Shown here: piece after piece, positions 53,388 through 62,099 of the stretch
Layout: every line of letters begins with the position of its first letter
How positions within the stretch are numbered: the stretch's first letter is position 1
NCBI GenBank assembly: GCA_002500505.1
Contig: DLRM01000043.1
Coordinates: forward strand, 125,623 to 189,622
Origin: Planctomycetes bacterium UBA7888
GTDB taxonomy: Bacteria; Planctomycetota; UBA1135
Direction of reading: 5' to 3'
Length of the DNA stretch: 64,000 bases
The notes under the pieces: model-generated
Told to the model about the DNA's origin: nothing
What the model saw: the letters and a program-made list of their open reading frames with translations, nothing else
The model's database searches: none
Made by a program: the position numbers and the translations under genes

Positions 53388-54595
53388 TGATTAGTGGCCA
53401 AGGCTCGCGAAATCACAATCCTCTGGATGTCAGTGGCGCCTTCATAAATTTCAGTAATGCGCGCATCACGGTAATGCCGCTCGACAGGAAACTCTTGGGT
53501 GTAACCTGCGCCGCCATGAATTTGAACCGCATCTTGCGCAGCACGGTTACAAGCTTGGCTTGCAAACAACTTCGCCATCGCAGCCTCTTTAGTGCAAGCC
53601 TCACCTGCATCGCGTTTGAAGGCGGCGGCGTGTACGAGGTGGCGAGCAGCTTCAAGTTCAGTACCCATATCGGCAATCTTCCAGGCAATCGCCTGAAATT
53701 TTCCAATCTCACGACCAAACTGTTGGCGCTCAGAAGAATACTTCAAACACTCTTCCAAACACGCGCGATGAATTCCCAGTGCTTGCGAGGCAATGCCGAT
53801 GCGGCCGCCATCCAAAGTCTCAAGCGCGATTTTAAAACCGCCTAGTGGGTCACCAAGTACATTTTCGTCGGGAACAAATACATCTTCGAAAATCATTTCC
53901 GAAGTGGATGATCCGCGAATTCCCAACTTCTCTTCTTTCTTTCCAACTTTAACACCATCGAAATCACGTTCAACGAGGAAACAACCAATATTCCGGCCGC
54001 GCGGGGCATCGGAATCGACTACGGCGTAAACCATGTACAGGCCGGCGTTGGGGCCAGATGTAATCCACGCCTTAGTGCCGTTCACCTTCCAACCTCCATC
54101 GACCTTTGCGGCGGTGGCCCGAATCGAAGCGGCATCGGACCCCGCTTGAGGCTCAGTTAAACAATAAGCACCGAGCATCTCACCGCTGGCGAGTTTGGGT
54201 AGGTACTTTTGCTTTTGTATATCAGTACCGTACTTCGTGATCGGTCCACAAATCAGAGAGTTATGGACCGACAAAGTAACTCCCGTGGAAGCGCACCAGC
54301 GATTGACTTCCTCAAGCATGATGGACCCGTGCAAGTTGCCCATGCCTGCGCCACCAAACTCTTCAGGCACGGTTAAACCCATGAAACCCATTTCGGCGGC
54401 TTCGGCCAATGCCTCGATGGGAAATCGCTCCTCGCGGTCCCAGGCTGCAGCGTTTGGCTTGAGGGTCCGCTCGGCGAATTCGCGCGCAGACTCCAAAATC
54501 ATTTCGTGTTCTTCGTTAAGCAAGCTTGGCATTTCTTTAGGGTCGAAGTCCGACCTCGGGGCGCGCATTATCCCACTTCCTAGACGTTTCATCAC
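53384..54595 (-). CDS. Acyl-CoA dehydrogenase (butyryl/short-chain-like)
   Basis: 403 aa. YCLTEPQAGSD and HGGAGYTQEFPVERHYRDARITEIYEGATDIQ. The exact start is uncertain because several Met residues lie near the N-terminus. Confidence 0.9.
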   Translation of the reverse strand: MMKRLGSGIMRAPRSDFDPKEMPSLLNEEHEMILESAREFAERTLKPNAAAWDREERFPIEALAEAAEMGFMGLTVPEEFGGAGMGNLHGSIMLEEVNRWCASTGVTLSVHNSLICGPITKYGTDIQKQKYLPKLASGEMLGAYCLTEPQAGSDAASIRATAAKVDGGWKVNGTKAWITSGPNAGLYMVYAVVDSDAPRGRNIGCFLVERDFDGVKVGKKEEKLGIRGSSTSEMIFEDVFVPDENVLGDPLGGFKIALETLDGGRIGIASQALGIHRACLEECLKYSSERQQFGREIGKFQAIAWKIADMGTELEAARHLVHAAAFKRDAGEACTKEAAMAKLFASQACNRAAQDAVQIHGGAGYTQEFPVERHYRDARITEIYEGATDIQRIVISRALATNQ

Positions 54596-54614
54596 CTCCG
54601 AAGTTCGCTTACAA

Positions 54615-55613
54615 CTAATCCGCTTCCAAATCCATGAATTTCAGCTCGGGGAAGCGGGTTTTGAGTTCACGCTCGATACGGTCCACCTCCAGGGCAATGC
54701 GACGGGCAGCCTCTTCCCCCACTGCAGCCGAGAAGTTTTCCAGCGTGGCCGAGTCGGTTTCGGTGGATTGCGGCAGGCGCTCGCGGACCCATCCACTCAT
54801 GCCACGGCCGATTTCGGAGCCATCAAAATCAAGATCGGCCTGCAGCTTGAACTGACCAGTGGCGATAACACGGGTGCGCAGGCGTTGGACGGCTTCAATA
54901 GAAGGCTGTTCTTCCAAGAAAGTGCGTACCTCGGATTCGCGCTCGGCACTTAAAGCGTGCCCGAGTAACAGGCGGCGGTTCATTAGACCAAGCTTGATGG
55001 CAATCCATCCCATCATTAGGCCAATAAGCACGCTGCCCACACCATCCCAACGCATGTCGCCAGTCCAATGGGCGAGGCCAATGCAGGCCAGGGCAACCAA
55101 TACACCAAGGGTGGCGACTAGGTCTTCATATAGAACTGCGACTAAAGAAGGGTCAGTGGTACTCCGCAAAAAAGCGGCAATACTCTTCGAGCCGCGTTGC
55201 CGGTTTACGGCCTGAACTGCGGTAAAGAGGACGACGCCATCGAGGATGAATGAAATACCGAGGACGGCGAAACTAAGCCAGCCGATTTCAAGGGACCCCG
55301 GGTGGAGTAGGGAGTGGATGCCATGATAAACAGTGACACCACAACCGAGTACAAAGATGCCTACTGCGGCGAGGAGCGCAAAGAGAAATTGTTCAGCGCC
55401 GTAGCCGTAGTGAAAGCGTCCGTCGGCAGGCCGACCGCTCCGGTGCACGCCCGCCCAAAGCAGGCCTTGATTGGCGGTATCGGCGAGGGAATGAACGGCT
55501 TCGGCAAAAAGAGAACCTGAACCCGAAACCCAAAAGGCAACAAACTTGAGAATTGCCAGGGCCCCATTGCCAAAGACAGCAGCGACAACGGCGGTACGCG
55601 AACTAGCAACCAT
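54615..55613 (-). CDS. Cation diffusion facilitator (CDF) metal transporter
   Basis: 332 aa. TM2 motif EAVHSLADTANQ, six TM helices, and a C-terminal cytoplasmic domain. Confidence 0.85.
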   Translation of the reverse strand: MVASSRTAVVAAVFGNGALAILKFVAFWVSGSGSLFAEAVHSLADTANQGLLWAGVHRSGRPADGRFHYGYGAEQFLFALLAAVGIFVLGCGVTVYHGIHSLLHPGSLEIGWLSFAVLGISFILDGVVLFTAVQAVNRQRGSKSIAAFLRSTTDPSLVAVLYEDLVATLGVLVALACIGLAHWTGDMRWDGVGSVLIGLMMGWIAIKLGLMNRRLLLGHALSAERESEVRTFLEEQPSIEAVQRLRTRVIATGQFKLQADLDFDGSEIGRGMSGWVRERLPQSTETDSATLENFSAAVGEEAARRIALEVDRIERELKTRFPELKFMDLEAD

Positions 55614-55676
55614 GACTTGCTATTGTGCTGTGGTGGCGGGTCTAGAGCAAATGGTGGGTCGTGGCTAAGTTTGACT

Positions 55677-56924
55677 TCAAAACCATGTAATCAGCAAACG
55701 CAAGCCAATTGTGCCATTGCGATCCATCGGATAACTACTGTGTCGAGATGCAGATCGAAGGTGGATCCCAGAATTGCTCCGGCTACCACCACGAATCACG
55801 CAAGACCAGCCACTGATTGGGCCAGTCGGGTTTTCGGCAGGAGAGTTCAAGTAATAACTTGGATCGTACCAATCGTTGCACCATTCCCAAACGTTGCCCG
55901 CCATATCGTATAGGTCGTAATCATTTGATGTGTAGCTCCCAACATCCACAGTGGTACCCACGTTGTAATCATAATTTGCATCGTTTGAGGTGATGTCATT
56001 TCGATTCCAGGGGTATTGGAAGTAAGGGTTTTCTGCCCCACCCCGCGCGGCATATTCCCATTCGGCCTCTGTAGGCAAACGATAACCTCCGCTAGAAAAA
56101 TCACAAGTCCATGTTGTTTCATCGTAACAAGGGTTGAAGTTGTCAGCAAGGCTTCGCCAATTTGCGTAGAAGCAGGCACCGTACCAAGTCATGTAAACCG
56201 CCGGATAATTTTCTTTCCCGGGTTCAACCAGAAATCGGTTCCCATTCCATAACAAGCCGTTCCAGAGGTTGCAAATTTCCTTATTGCTGCCGCCAACCTG
56301 ATAAACGCTATTCCCGGAAACCATCACCCTCCCATTAACATAACTTGAGTTGAGGAAATGCGCATACTTCTGATTCGTCACTTCGTATTGATCCATGTAA
56401 AAACAATTCAAAGTAACGGAATGTACAGGGTTCTCATCAAGAGAGCCTAAACCAAAATGATCCCCCATTTCAAAAGTCCCAACAGGGATATGCACCATGT
56501 CCAGGCGCGGAGGATTGGGCATGAGGATTAGTGGAACCATGTTTGTAGCTTGATGGGCTGGAACAGACCACATGTCGTATTCAACGCCCTGGAACCATAC
56601 CTCGGTGCCAACGCTCAACGTTTTTGGAATAGAGAGAGGGCCCAGATTCCCTGAACCTACGCCGTCAAGTTGAAAGGGGTCAATTTGCTTGATAGGTTCC
56701 GTTAAATCCAGAATCAAACCACTTGGCAAAGTGATTGGTCCTGGGCCCGACTTTGAATAGCATAGAAAAATCCACGCATCGGGTGCGCCATAATCAATCT
56801 GAAAAGTTATCTCGCCTCCTTTGAAAATAGGGTCAATACTGAGCGTTGCTTGAGAATAAAGCCTTGCCGGGCTAGCAAACACTAGAACGATAAAGAAAAG
56901 CAGAAAAACGAGGGGATTTTTCAT
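55677..56924 (-). CDS. Secreted FGE/SUMF1-domain (formylglycine-generating-enzyme fold) protein with an N-terminal shared module
   Basis: 415 aa with a signal peptide. YRLPTEAEWEYAARGG, GNVWEWCNDWY, RGGS...R.A.R...P......GLR. N-terminal residues 26-135 (56520..56849) form the module shared with the lectin protein. Confidence 0.85.
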   Translation of the reverse strand: MKNPLVFLLFFIVLVFASPARLYSQATLSIDPIFKGGEITFQIDYGAPDAWIFLCYSKSGPGPITLPSGLILDLTEPIKQIDPFQLDGVGSGNLGPLSIPKTLSVGTEVWFQGVEYDMWSVPAHQATNMVPLILMPNPPRLDMVHIPVGTFEMGDHFGLGSLDENPVHSVTLNCFYMDQYEVTNQKYAHFLNSSYVNGRVMVSGNSVYQVGGSNKEICNLWNGLLWNGNRFLVEPGKENYPAVYMTWYGACFYANWRSLADNFNPCYDETTWTCDFSSGGYRLPTEAEWEYAARGGAENPYFQYPWNRNDITSNDANYDYNVGTTVDVGSYTSNDYDLYDMAGNVWEWCNDWYDPSYYLNSPAENPTGPISGWSCVIRGGSRSNSGIHLRSASRHSSYPMDRNGTIGLRLLITWF

Positions 56925-57003
56925 AGATATACATTATGACAGTAAATAACCAGTATTGGGGCACCTTTTTTTTGCGAAAACCCCAAAGTACTCAGGCGAG
57001 CTA

Positions 57004-57861
57004 TTAACTGTATTCGTAGAAACCTACGCCGGATTTAACACCGAGTTTGCCGGCTTCGACCATTTCGCGCAGCATTGGGCAGGGTGCGTACTTGTCTTCC
57101 TTGAGACCGTCTTGCAAGACATCCATGATATTTAAGCAGATGTCTAGGCCGATGTAGTCGGCGAGGGCAAGGGGACCCATTGGGAAGTTGCACCCGAGTT
57201 TCATCACGATATCGATGGACTCTCGGTCCCCCACCCCAGTGTGAAGTGACCACACTGCCTCGTTAATCATCGGCATAAGAATCCGATTTGCGATAAAACC
57301 GGGGAAGTCGTTAGCAACCCCACAGGTTTTGCCGATAGCTTCCGACCAAGAAATGGTTTGAGCACATGTTTCATCGGAAGTTTTTTCGCCGCGTATGATT
57401 TCCACCAACTTCATAATCGGAACTGGATTCATGAAATGCATGCCAATCACTTTTTCGGGGCGGTTAGTTGCTTCGGCGATGCGAGTAATCGAAATGGAAG
57501 ATGTGTTTGATGCCAGAATTGTGTGTGCAGGTGCCGCGGCATCGGCAGTTTTGAAAATATCTTTCTTAACCTCTTCGTTTTCAAAAACTGCTTCAATCAT
57601 GAGATCGCTTGCGGAAACAGCATTAGCAAGATCGGTCGACAACGAAATACGTGACATGATTTCGTCACAATCGTCTTGACTTATCTTTTCTTTCTTCACG
57701 AAACGACCGAGCGACTTCTCAATCGCCGCACGTCCGCGTTCAAGCGCGTCTTCGCTCACATCCACCATCGTTACGGTGTGGCCGAAAGTGGCGAATGTTT
57801 GCACGATGCCGTTACCCATGGTTCCGGCACCGACGACAGTTACTTTGATGGAATCAGTCAT
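57004..57861 (-). CDS. hbd: 3-hydroxybutyryl-CoA dehydrogenase
   Basis: 285 aa. VTVVGAGTMGNGIVQ Rossmann motif, SNTSSISIT, GFIANRIL. Confidence 0.92.
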   Translation of the reverse strand: MTDSIKVTVVGAGTMGNGIVQTFATFGHTVTMVDVSEDALERGRAAIEKSLGRFVKKEKISQDDCDEIMSRISLSTDLANAVSASDLMIEAVFENEEVKKDIFKTADAAAPAHTILASNTSSISITRIAEATNRPEKVIGMHFMNPVPIMKLVEIIRGEKTSDETCAQTISWSEAIGKTCGVANDFPGFIANRILMPMINEAVWSLHTGVGDRESIDIVMKLGCNFPMGPLALADYIGLDICLNIMDVLQDGLKEDKYAPCPMLREMVEAGKLGVKSGVGFYEYS

Positions 57862-57865
57862 TTTA

Positions 57866-59047
57866 TTAGCAAAGTTCTACGGAAAGTGAGACGGCATTGC
57901 CTCCGCCAAGGCAAAGAGCGGCAAGACCGCGCTGCAAGTTGCGATCTTTTAAGGCGTAAAGCAGGGTGGTGAGAATGCGCGCGCCAGATGCCCCAATTGG
58001 GTGGCCAAGCGCCACTGCACCACCGTTGACATTTATTCGCTCCGGGTCGAGCTTCATTTCTTGTGTTAGAGCGCATGCGGCGGAAGAAAAAGCTTCATTC
58101 AGTTCGATGAGGTCAAAGTCATTGCGATTGAGGCCAGTGCGCGCTTCAAGGTTTTCGATTGCGACCTTAGGGGCCATCATCACCCATTCAGGAGCCATTC
58201 CACCTGCGGAGTAACCAGTGATTTTGGCGAGTGGATTCAGACCATGCTTTTCACAGGCTTCGGCGGAAGCCACAACGACCGCAGATGCGCCATCCGAAAG
58301 CTGTGAAGCATTACCCGCAGTCACAGAACCATCCTTCTTAAAGGCAGGCCGCATTTTTCCGATGCCTTCGGCGGTGGTGTCGCCGCGCACTCCTTCATCT
58401 GCAGCAAAGGCGATGGGGTCTTTTTTCCGTTGCGGTATGGACACTTCAAAAGTCTCGGCGGCGAACTTGCCAGATTCCCAAGCGGCACCTGCTTTGCGAT
58501 GTGAGCTTGCGGCAAACTCGTCCTGCATTTCGCGGCTGATGTTGTATTCGTCGGCGACCAATTCACCTGTCATACCCATGTGTTGATCGGAATAGGCATC
58601 CCAAAGACCATCGTGCACCATCGAATCAAGCAATTGGGCGTGCCCAAGGCGTGCCCCCTGGCGCGCACTTGGCATCAAGTACGGCGCATTCGACATGGAC
58701 TCCATGCCGCCAGCAACCACGACGTGGTTATCACCAGCTTTAATCGATTGGGCGGCCAACATCACCGATTTCAAACCTGAGCCACACACCTTATTCACGG
58801 TAAAGGGCGCCACCGAATCGGGAATACCCGCAGCGCGAGCAGCCTGGCGCGCTGGGTTTTGACCCACTCCCGCCTGTAGCACATTCCCCATAATGACTTC
58901 GTCAACCGCCAAGCCATCAAGCCCAGCGCGCGATAAGGCCTCGGAAATCGCAAAAGCACCCAGCTCAGGGGCACGAAAACCAGAAAGAGAGCCCTGGAAT
59001 CGACCGATTCCAGTGCGGCAAGCTGAAGCGAGGAAGACGTCGGTCAT
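57866..59047 (-). CDS. Acetyl-CoA C-acetyltransferase (thiolase II)
   Basis: 393 aa. VNKVCGSGLKS (active Cys), NVNGGAVALGHPIGASGARI, CLGGGNAVS. 4-nt gap to hbd. Confidence 0.93.
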   Translation of the reverse strand: MTDVFLASACRTGIGRFQGSLSGFRAPELGAFAISEALSRAGLDGLAVDEVIMGNVLQAGVGQNPARQAARAAGIPDSVAPFTVNKVCGSGLKSVMLAAQSIKAGDNHVVVAGGMESMSNAPYLMPSARQGARLGHAQLLDSMVHDGLWDAYSDQHMGMTGELVADEYNISREMQDEFAASSHRKAGAAWESGKFAAETFEVSIPQRKKDPIAFAADEGVRGDTTAEGIGKMRPAFKKDGSVTAGNASQLSDGASAVVVASAEACEKHGLNPLAKITGYSAGGMAPEWVMMAPKVAIENLEARTGLNRNDFDLIELNEAFSSAACALTQEMKLDPERINVNGGAVALGHPIGASGARILTTLLYALKDRNLQRGLAALCLGGGNAVSLSVELC

Positions 59048-59091
59048 GACCTAGTATTTTAGGTCACCCCAATCCCTTTGTTCAGGGTTTT

Positions 59092-61578
59092 TCAGACCGA
59101 GACTTTTTCTTCTTCTGCCCCAACCAGCTTGCGCTCGGCGGCATGAACAACTTTCAACATGTCCACCAAACTGTCAGGGTTTAAAGAAATGGTGTCAATG
59201 CCACGCTCGACTAGCCACTGCGTGATTTCGGGGAAATCGCTCGGCGCCTGACCACAAATACCGATGTACTTGCCCTTCGCTTTGCAGGCAAAAATCGCCA
59301 TTTCCATCATTTTAAGAACGGCACTATTCCGTTCGTCGAAGCCGGTGAGAAGACCGGAGTCCCTGTCCACGCCCAGGGTCAACTGAGTAAGGTCGTTGGA
59401 GCCGATACTCATGCCATCAAAGTGTTCCAAGAACTCGTCGGCCATCAGCGCGTTAACGGGCAATTCACACATCAGGTATACCTTCAAATCTCGTTCGCCG
59501 CGACGAAGGCCGTGCCGAGCCATGAGATCTAAAACCTGCTTCCCCTCCTCTACCGTTCTCACGAAAGGAATCATGGGAATGACATTGGTCAACCCCATCC
59601 CTTCTCGAACTTCGCGCAAAGCGTCACACTCCAAAGAAAATGCCTCTTCAAATTCCTCAGAGTAGTACCGAGAGGCCCCACGAAACCCAATCATGGGATT
59701 TTCTTCAATGGGCTCAAAGGCATGCCCACCAAGAAGGGCGGCATACTCATTCGATTTGAAGTCCGAAGTTCGCACAACAACGGGCCGCGGATAAAAGGCA
59801 GCGGCAATCGTTCCTATCCCCTCCGCCAAGCGAAGCACAAAGTAGTCGCGCGGGCTGGAGTATCCGGCAATTGCGGGATCGACCTCTTCACGCACCTCAT
59901 CTGTCAAGTTTTCATATTCCAGTAAGGCTCGCGGATGAACACGAATAGAGTTATTGATAATGAACTCCAAGCGGGCGAGTCCGATGCCCTCAGCAGGAAG
60001 CCGCGCGTGGTGAAGAGCCTGATCAGGGTCTGCCACATTCAAGTACAAGTCTGTCCTTGGTTTCTCCAAACCACTGAGGTCATAACGGTCCATTTTCCAT
60101 TCGGCCCGCCCAGCGTAAACATAACCGGCTTCCCCTTCCGCACAAGAAACCGTGACCTCTTCCCCATCAGGCATCGTTTCGGTGCAATCGCCCGTTCCAA
60201 CAATAGCCGGAATCCCTAGCTCCCGCGCAATGATGGCGGCGTGACAGGTTCGGCCGCCACGATTGGTAACCAGAGCGGAGGCAATCTTCATAATCGGCTC
60301 CCAATCAGGGTCCGTGATATCCGTGACCAAAATCTCCCCAGCCTGCAATTGATGCATGTCCTCTGCATCCAAAATCACGCGCGCGCGACCAGCGGCGATT
60401 CGTTTACCCACAGAACGACCTTCGGCTATCACCTCACCGTGCTGCTGCATTTGGAACACCTCGTGATAAATTCCTAAATCACCGGAATGGACCGTTTCCG
60501 GGCGAGCTTGCAGAATGTACAACTTCCCATCTTGACCATCTTTTGCCCATTCAATGTCCATGGGAGTGTCCTTCCCCGCGTGGTTGGAATAGTGGTCTTC
60601 AATGGCCAAAGCAAAGCGAGAAAGTTCCAAGACTTCATGGTCCTGCAAAGAGAACGTATTTCTCGAAAGCTTAGAAACAGGAACATTCCGAACCGAAGCA
60701 CCTGCACTGGCCTCGCGGGAGTACACCATCTTCAATGCCTTCTCTCCTAAGCGGCGGGAAAGAATCGGACGCTTCCCCTCCCGAAGGGCAGGTTTAAAAA
60801 TCCGAAACTCATCAGGGTTAACAGTGCCCTGTACCACATTTTCACCCAGACCCCAGGCAGAATTAATCAAAATAATGTCTCGAAAACCAGACTCCGTATC
60901 CAACGTGAACATTACCCCTGAAGATCCACGGTCGGAACGTACCATTTTCTGAACGGCCACAGCGATTAAGACGCCATCGTGCGGAAAGTTTTGGTCGTTG
61001 CGATATGAAATAGCTCGGTTCGTGAACAAGGATGCAAAAACACGTTTCACAGCTTCCATTAAATTCAAGGAACCGCGAATGTTGAGATAACTTTCTTGCT
61101 GTCCCGCAAAACTAGCATTCGGTAAATCTTCGGCAGTTGCTGATGAACGAACTGCAACATCGCAATTTGTTCCATATTCTTCCTCCATTCCACGATAGGC
61201 TTCAACGACTTGTTCACGAATTTCTTCGGGGAATTCTCCGTCCAAAATACCCGCACGAATCGAAGCTCCTGCTTGTTCAAGGGCATTCAAATCACCTTCA
61301 GGAAGCCCGGCAAGCGTTTCGCGAATGAACTCTTCCAGCTGATTATGCGACAAGAACGATTGGTAAGCGCCAACGGTAACCGCGAAACCGCCAGGAACCC
61401 GAACGCCTAGGTTTCCTAGCTGGGTCACCATTTCTCCGAGAGAAGAGCATTTCCCCCCGACCAATGGGAGGTCCGTAAGTCCAAGCTTGTTGAATGAGAG
61501 CGTGTACGACATAGGTGCCCCCATTCTGCCCATGCGCCCTAGAGATTGGAGAGAAAATTCCCAAAAATGAACGGTCAT
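59092..61578 (-). CDS. ppsA: Phosphoenolpyruvate synthase
   Basis: LVGGKCSSLGEM, the phospho-His region TNRGGRTCHAAIIARELGIPA, and a C-terminal PEP-utilising TIM barrel. ATG 61578 overlaps the lrp stop (ATGA). Alternative ATG 61512 (MSYTLSFNKLG) aligns better with the E. coli N-terminus. Confidence 0.93.
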   Translation of the reverse strand: MTVHFWEFSLQSLGRMGRMGAPMSYTLSFNKLGLTDLPLVGGKCSSLGEMVTQLGNLGVRVPGGFAVTVGAYQSFLSHNQLEEFIRETLAGLPEGDLNALEQAGASIRAGILDGEFPEEIREQVVEAYRGMEEEYGTNCDVAVRSSATAEDLPNASFAGQQESYLNIRGSLNLMEAVKRVFASLFTNRAISYRNDQNFPHDGVLIAVAVQKMVRSDRGSSGVMFTLDTESGFRDIILINSAWGLGENVVQGTVNPDEFRIFKPALREGKRPILSRRLGEKALKMVYSREASAGASVRNVPVSKLSRNTFSLQDHEVLELSRFALAIEDHYSNHAGKDTPMDIEWAKDGQDGKLYILQARPETVHSGDLGIYHEVFQMQQHGEVIAEGRSVGKRIAAGRARVILDAEDMHQLQAGEILVTDITDPDWEPIMKIASALVTNRGGRTCHAAIIARELGIPAIVGTGDCTETMPDGEEVTVSCAEGEAGYVYAGRAEWKMDRYDLSGLEKPRTDLYLNVADPDQALHHARLPAEGIGLARLEFIINNSIRVHPRALLEYENLTDEVREEVDPAIAGYSSPRDYFVLRLAEGIGTIAAAFYPRPVVVRTSDFKSNEYAALLGGHAFEPIEENPMIGFRGASRYYSEEFEEAFSLECDALREVREGMGLTNVIPMIPFVRTVEEGKQVLDLMARHGLRRGERDLKVYLMCELPVNALMADEFLEHFDGMSIGSNDLTQLTLGVDRDSGLLTGFDERNSAVLKMMEMAIFACKAKGKYIGICGQAPSDFPEITQWLVERGIDTISLNPDSLVDMLKVVHAAERKLVGAEEEKVSV

Positions 61579-62036
61579 TCACCCTGAAGGTCGGGGAGGG
61601 CGAATTTCCGCTGGTACTCAAAAATCAGAGACGTTTCAAGGTGCTCGACTTCGGGTCTAGAAGTAAGGGAATCTAATGCAACATCCCGAAGATGGTCCGA
61701 GTCCCGCACCGCAACCTGCACTAAATAATCGTGGTCACCGGACACATGCCAGAGAGCGATAACCTCGGGGAGGCACAAAAGGTAGTCGTGAAATCCAAGG
61801 ATTTCAGCTTTGGAATGCTTCCGAAGGCGAATGCCCACGAAAGCCTGCAAAGTAATCCCAAGAGCAGAGGGATCCACCTCCACATGTGCCCCCCTGATGA
61901 CTCCCCGCTCGGTTAGACGACGAACCCGCTCGAGGCAGGATGAAGGGGACAAACCCACCCGCCCAGCAAGCTCCTTGTTCGACAATCGAGCATTATTCTG
62001 CAGTTCAGCCAAAATACAGGATTCAATTCGGTCCAT
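61575..62036 (-). CDS. lrp: Lrp/AsnC family transcriptional regulator
   Basis: 153 aa. HTH region LQNNARLSNKELAGRVGLSPSSCLERVRRLTERGVI, then an RAM/AsnC ligand-binding domain. Confidence 0.9.
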   Translation of the reverse strand: MDRIESCILAELQNNARLSNKELAGRVGLSPSSCLERVRRLTERGVIRGAHVEVDPSALGITLQAFVGIRLRKHSKAEILGFHDYLLCLPEVIALWHVSGDHDYLVQVAVRDSDHLRDVALDSLTSRPEVEHLETSLIFEYQRKFALPDLQGE

Positions 62037-62050
62037 ATATGCAATTCTAT

Positions 62051-62091
62051 ACTATTCCGCAGACTATTCGGCACAAACCGCACAATATTCG
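62051..62091. promoter_or_regulatory. Candidate operator: three direct repeats in the lrp / PLP-enzyme divergent promoter region
   Basis: ACTATTCCGCA (62051..62061), ACTATTCGGCA (62063..62073) and AATATTCG (62084..62091). AT-rich core, 12-nt spacing of the first two copies. Confidence 0.25.
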
Positions 62092-62099
62092 AAGATAAT

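Noticed and set aside
54195-54953. 252-aa plus-strand ORF spanning the ACAD/CDF junction, and similar long antisense ORFs at 7245..7943, 21437..22066, 42827..43498, 47720..48304 and 52853..53341
   Set aside because: All lie opposite genes with unambiguous family motifs. Their translations are Arg/Ser/Pro-rich with no recognisable motif. They cluster where the sense genes look GC-rich, which inflates stop-free antisense frames.
52400-55600. Apparently GC-richer stretch (meaB, ACAD, CDF; also 9471..10850) as a possible horizontally acquired patch
   Set aside because: This is only an eyeball impression from a few 60-nt lines and from shadow-ORF density. The genes are ordinary metabolic genes in operon context with no flanking repeats or mobility genes. 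It needs a real GC, codon-usage or k-mer scan.
55677-55860. Diversity-generating retroelement hypothesis: FGE-fold and C-type-lectin-fold proteins are the classic DGR targets, with the variable region at the C-terminus
   Set aside because: There is no reverse transcriptase gene and no non-coding template-repeat-sized gap near either gene. I could not spot a second copy of the C-terminal ~120 bp. A self-alignment of the window allowing A-to-N mismatches would settle it.
56950-56990. GGGGCACC-TTTTTTTT-GCGAAAACCCC between hbd and the FGE gene as a terminator
   Set aside because: Only the four terminal G:C pairs can form around a 19-nt loop, and no U-tract follows on the minus (transcribed) strand.
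61512-61578. 22-codon N-terminal extension of ppsA (MTVHFWEFSLQSLGRMGRMGAP) as something functional
   Set aside because: It is most simply an alternative-start ambiguity. ATG 61512 matches the canonical PpsA N-terminus, while ATG 61578 is attractive only because of the ATGA overlap with lrp. This cannot be resolved from sequence alone.
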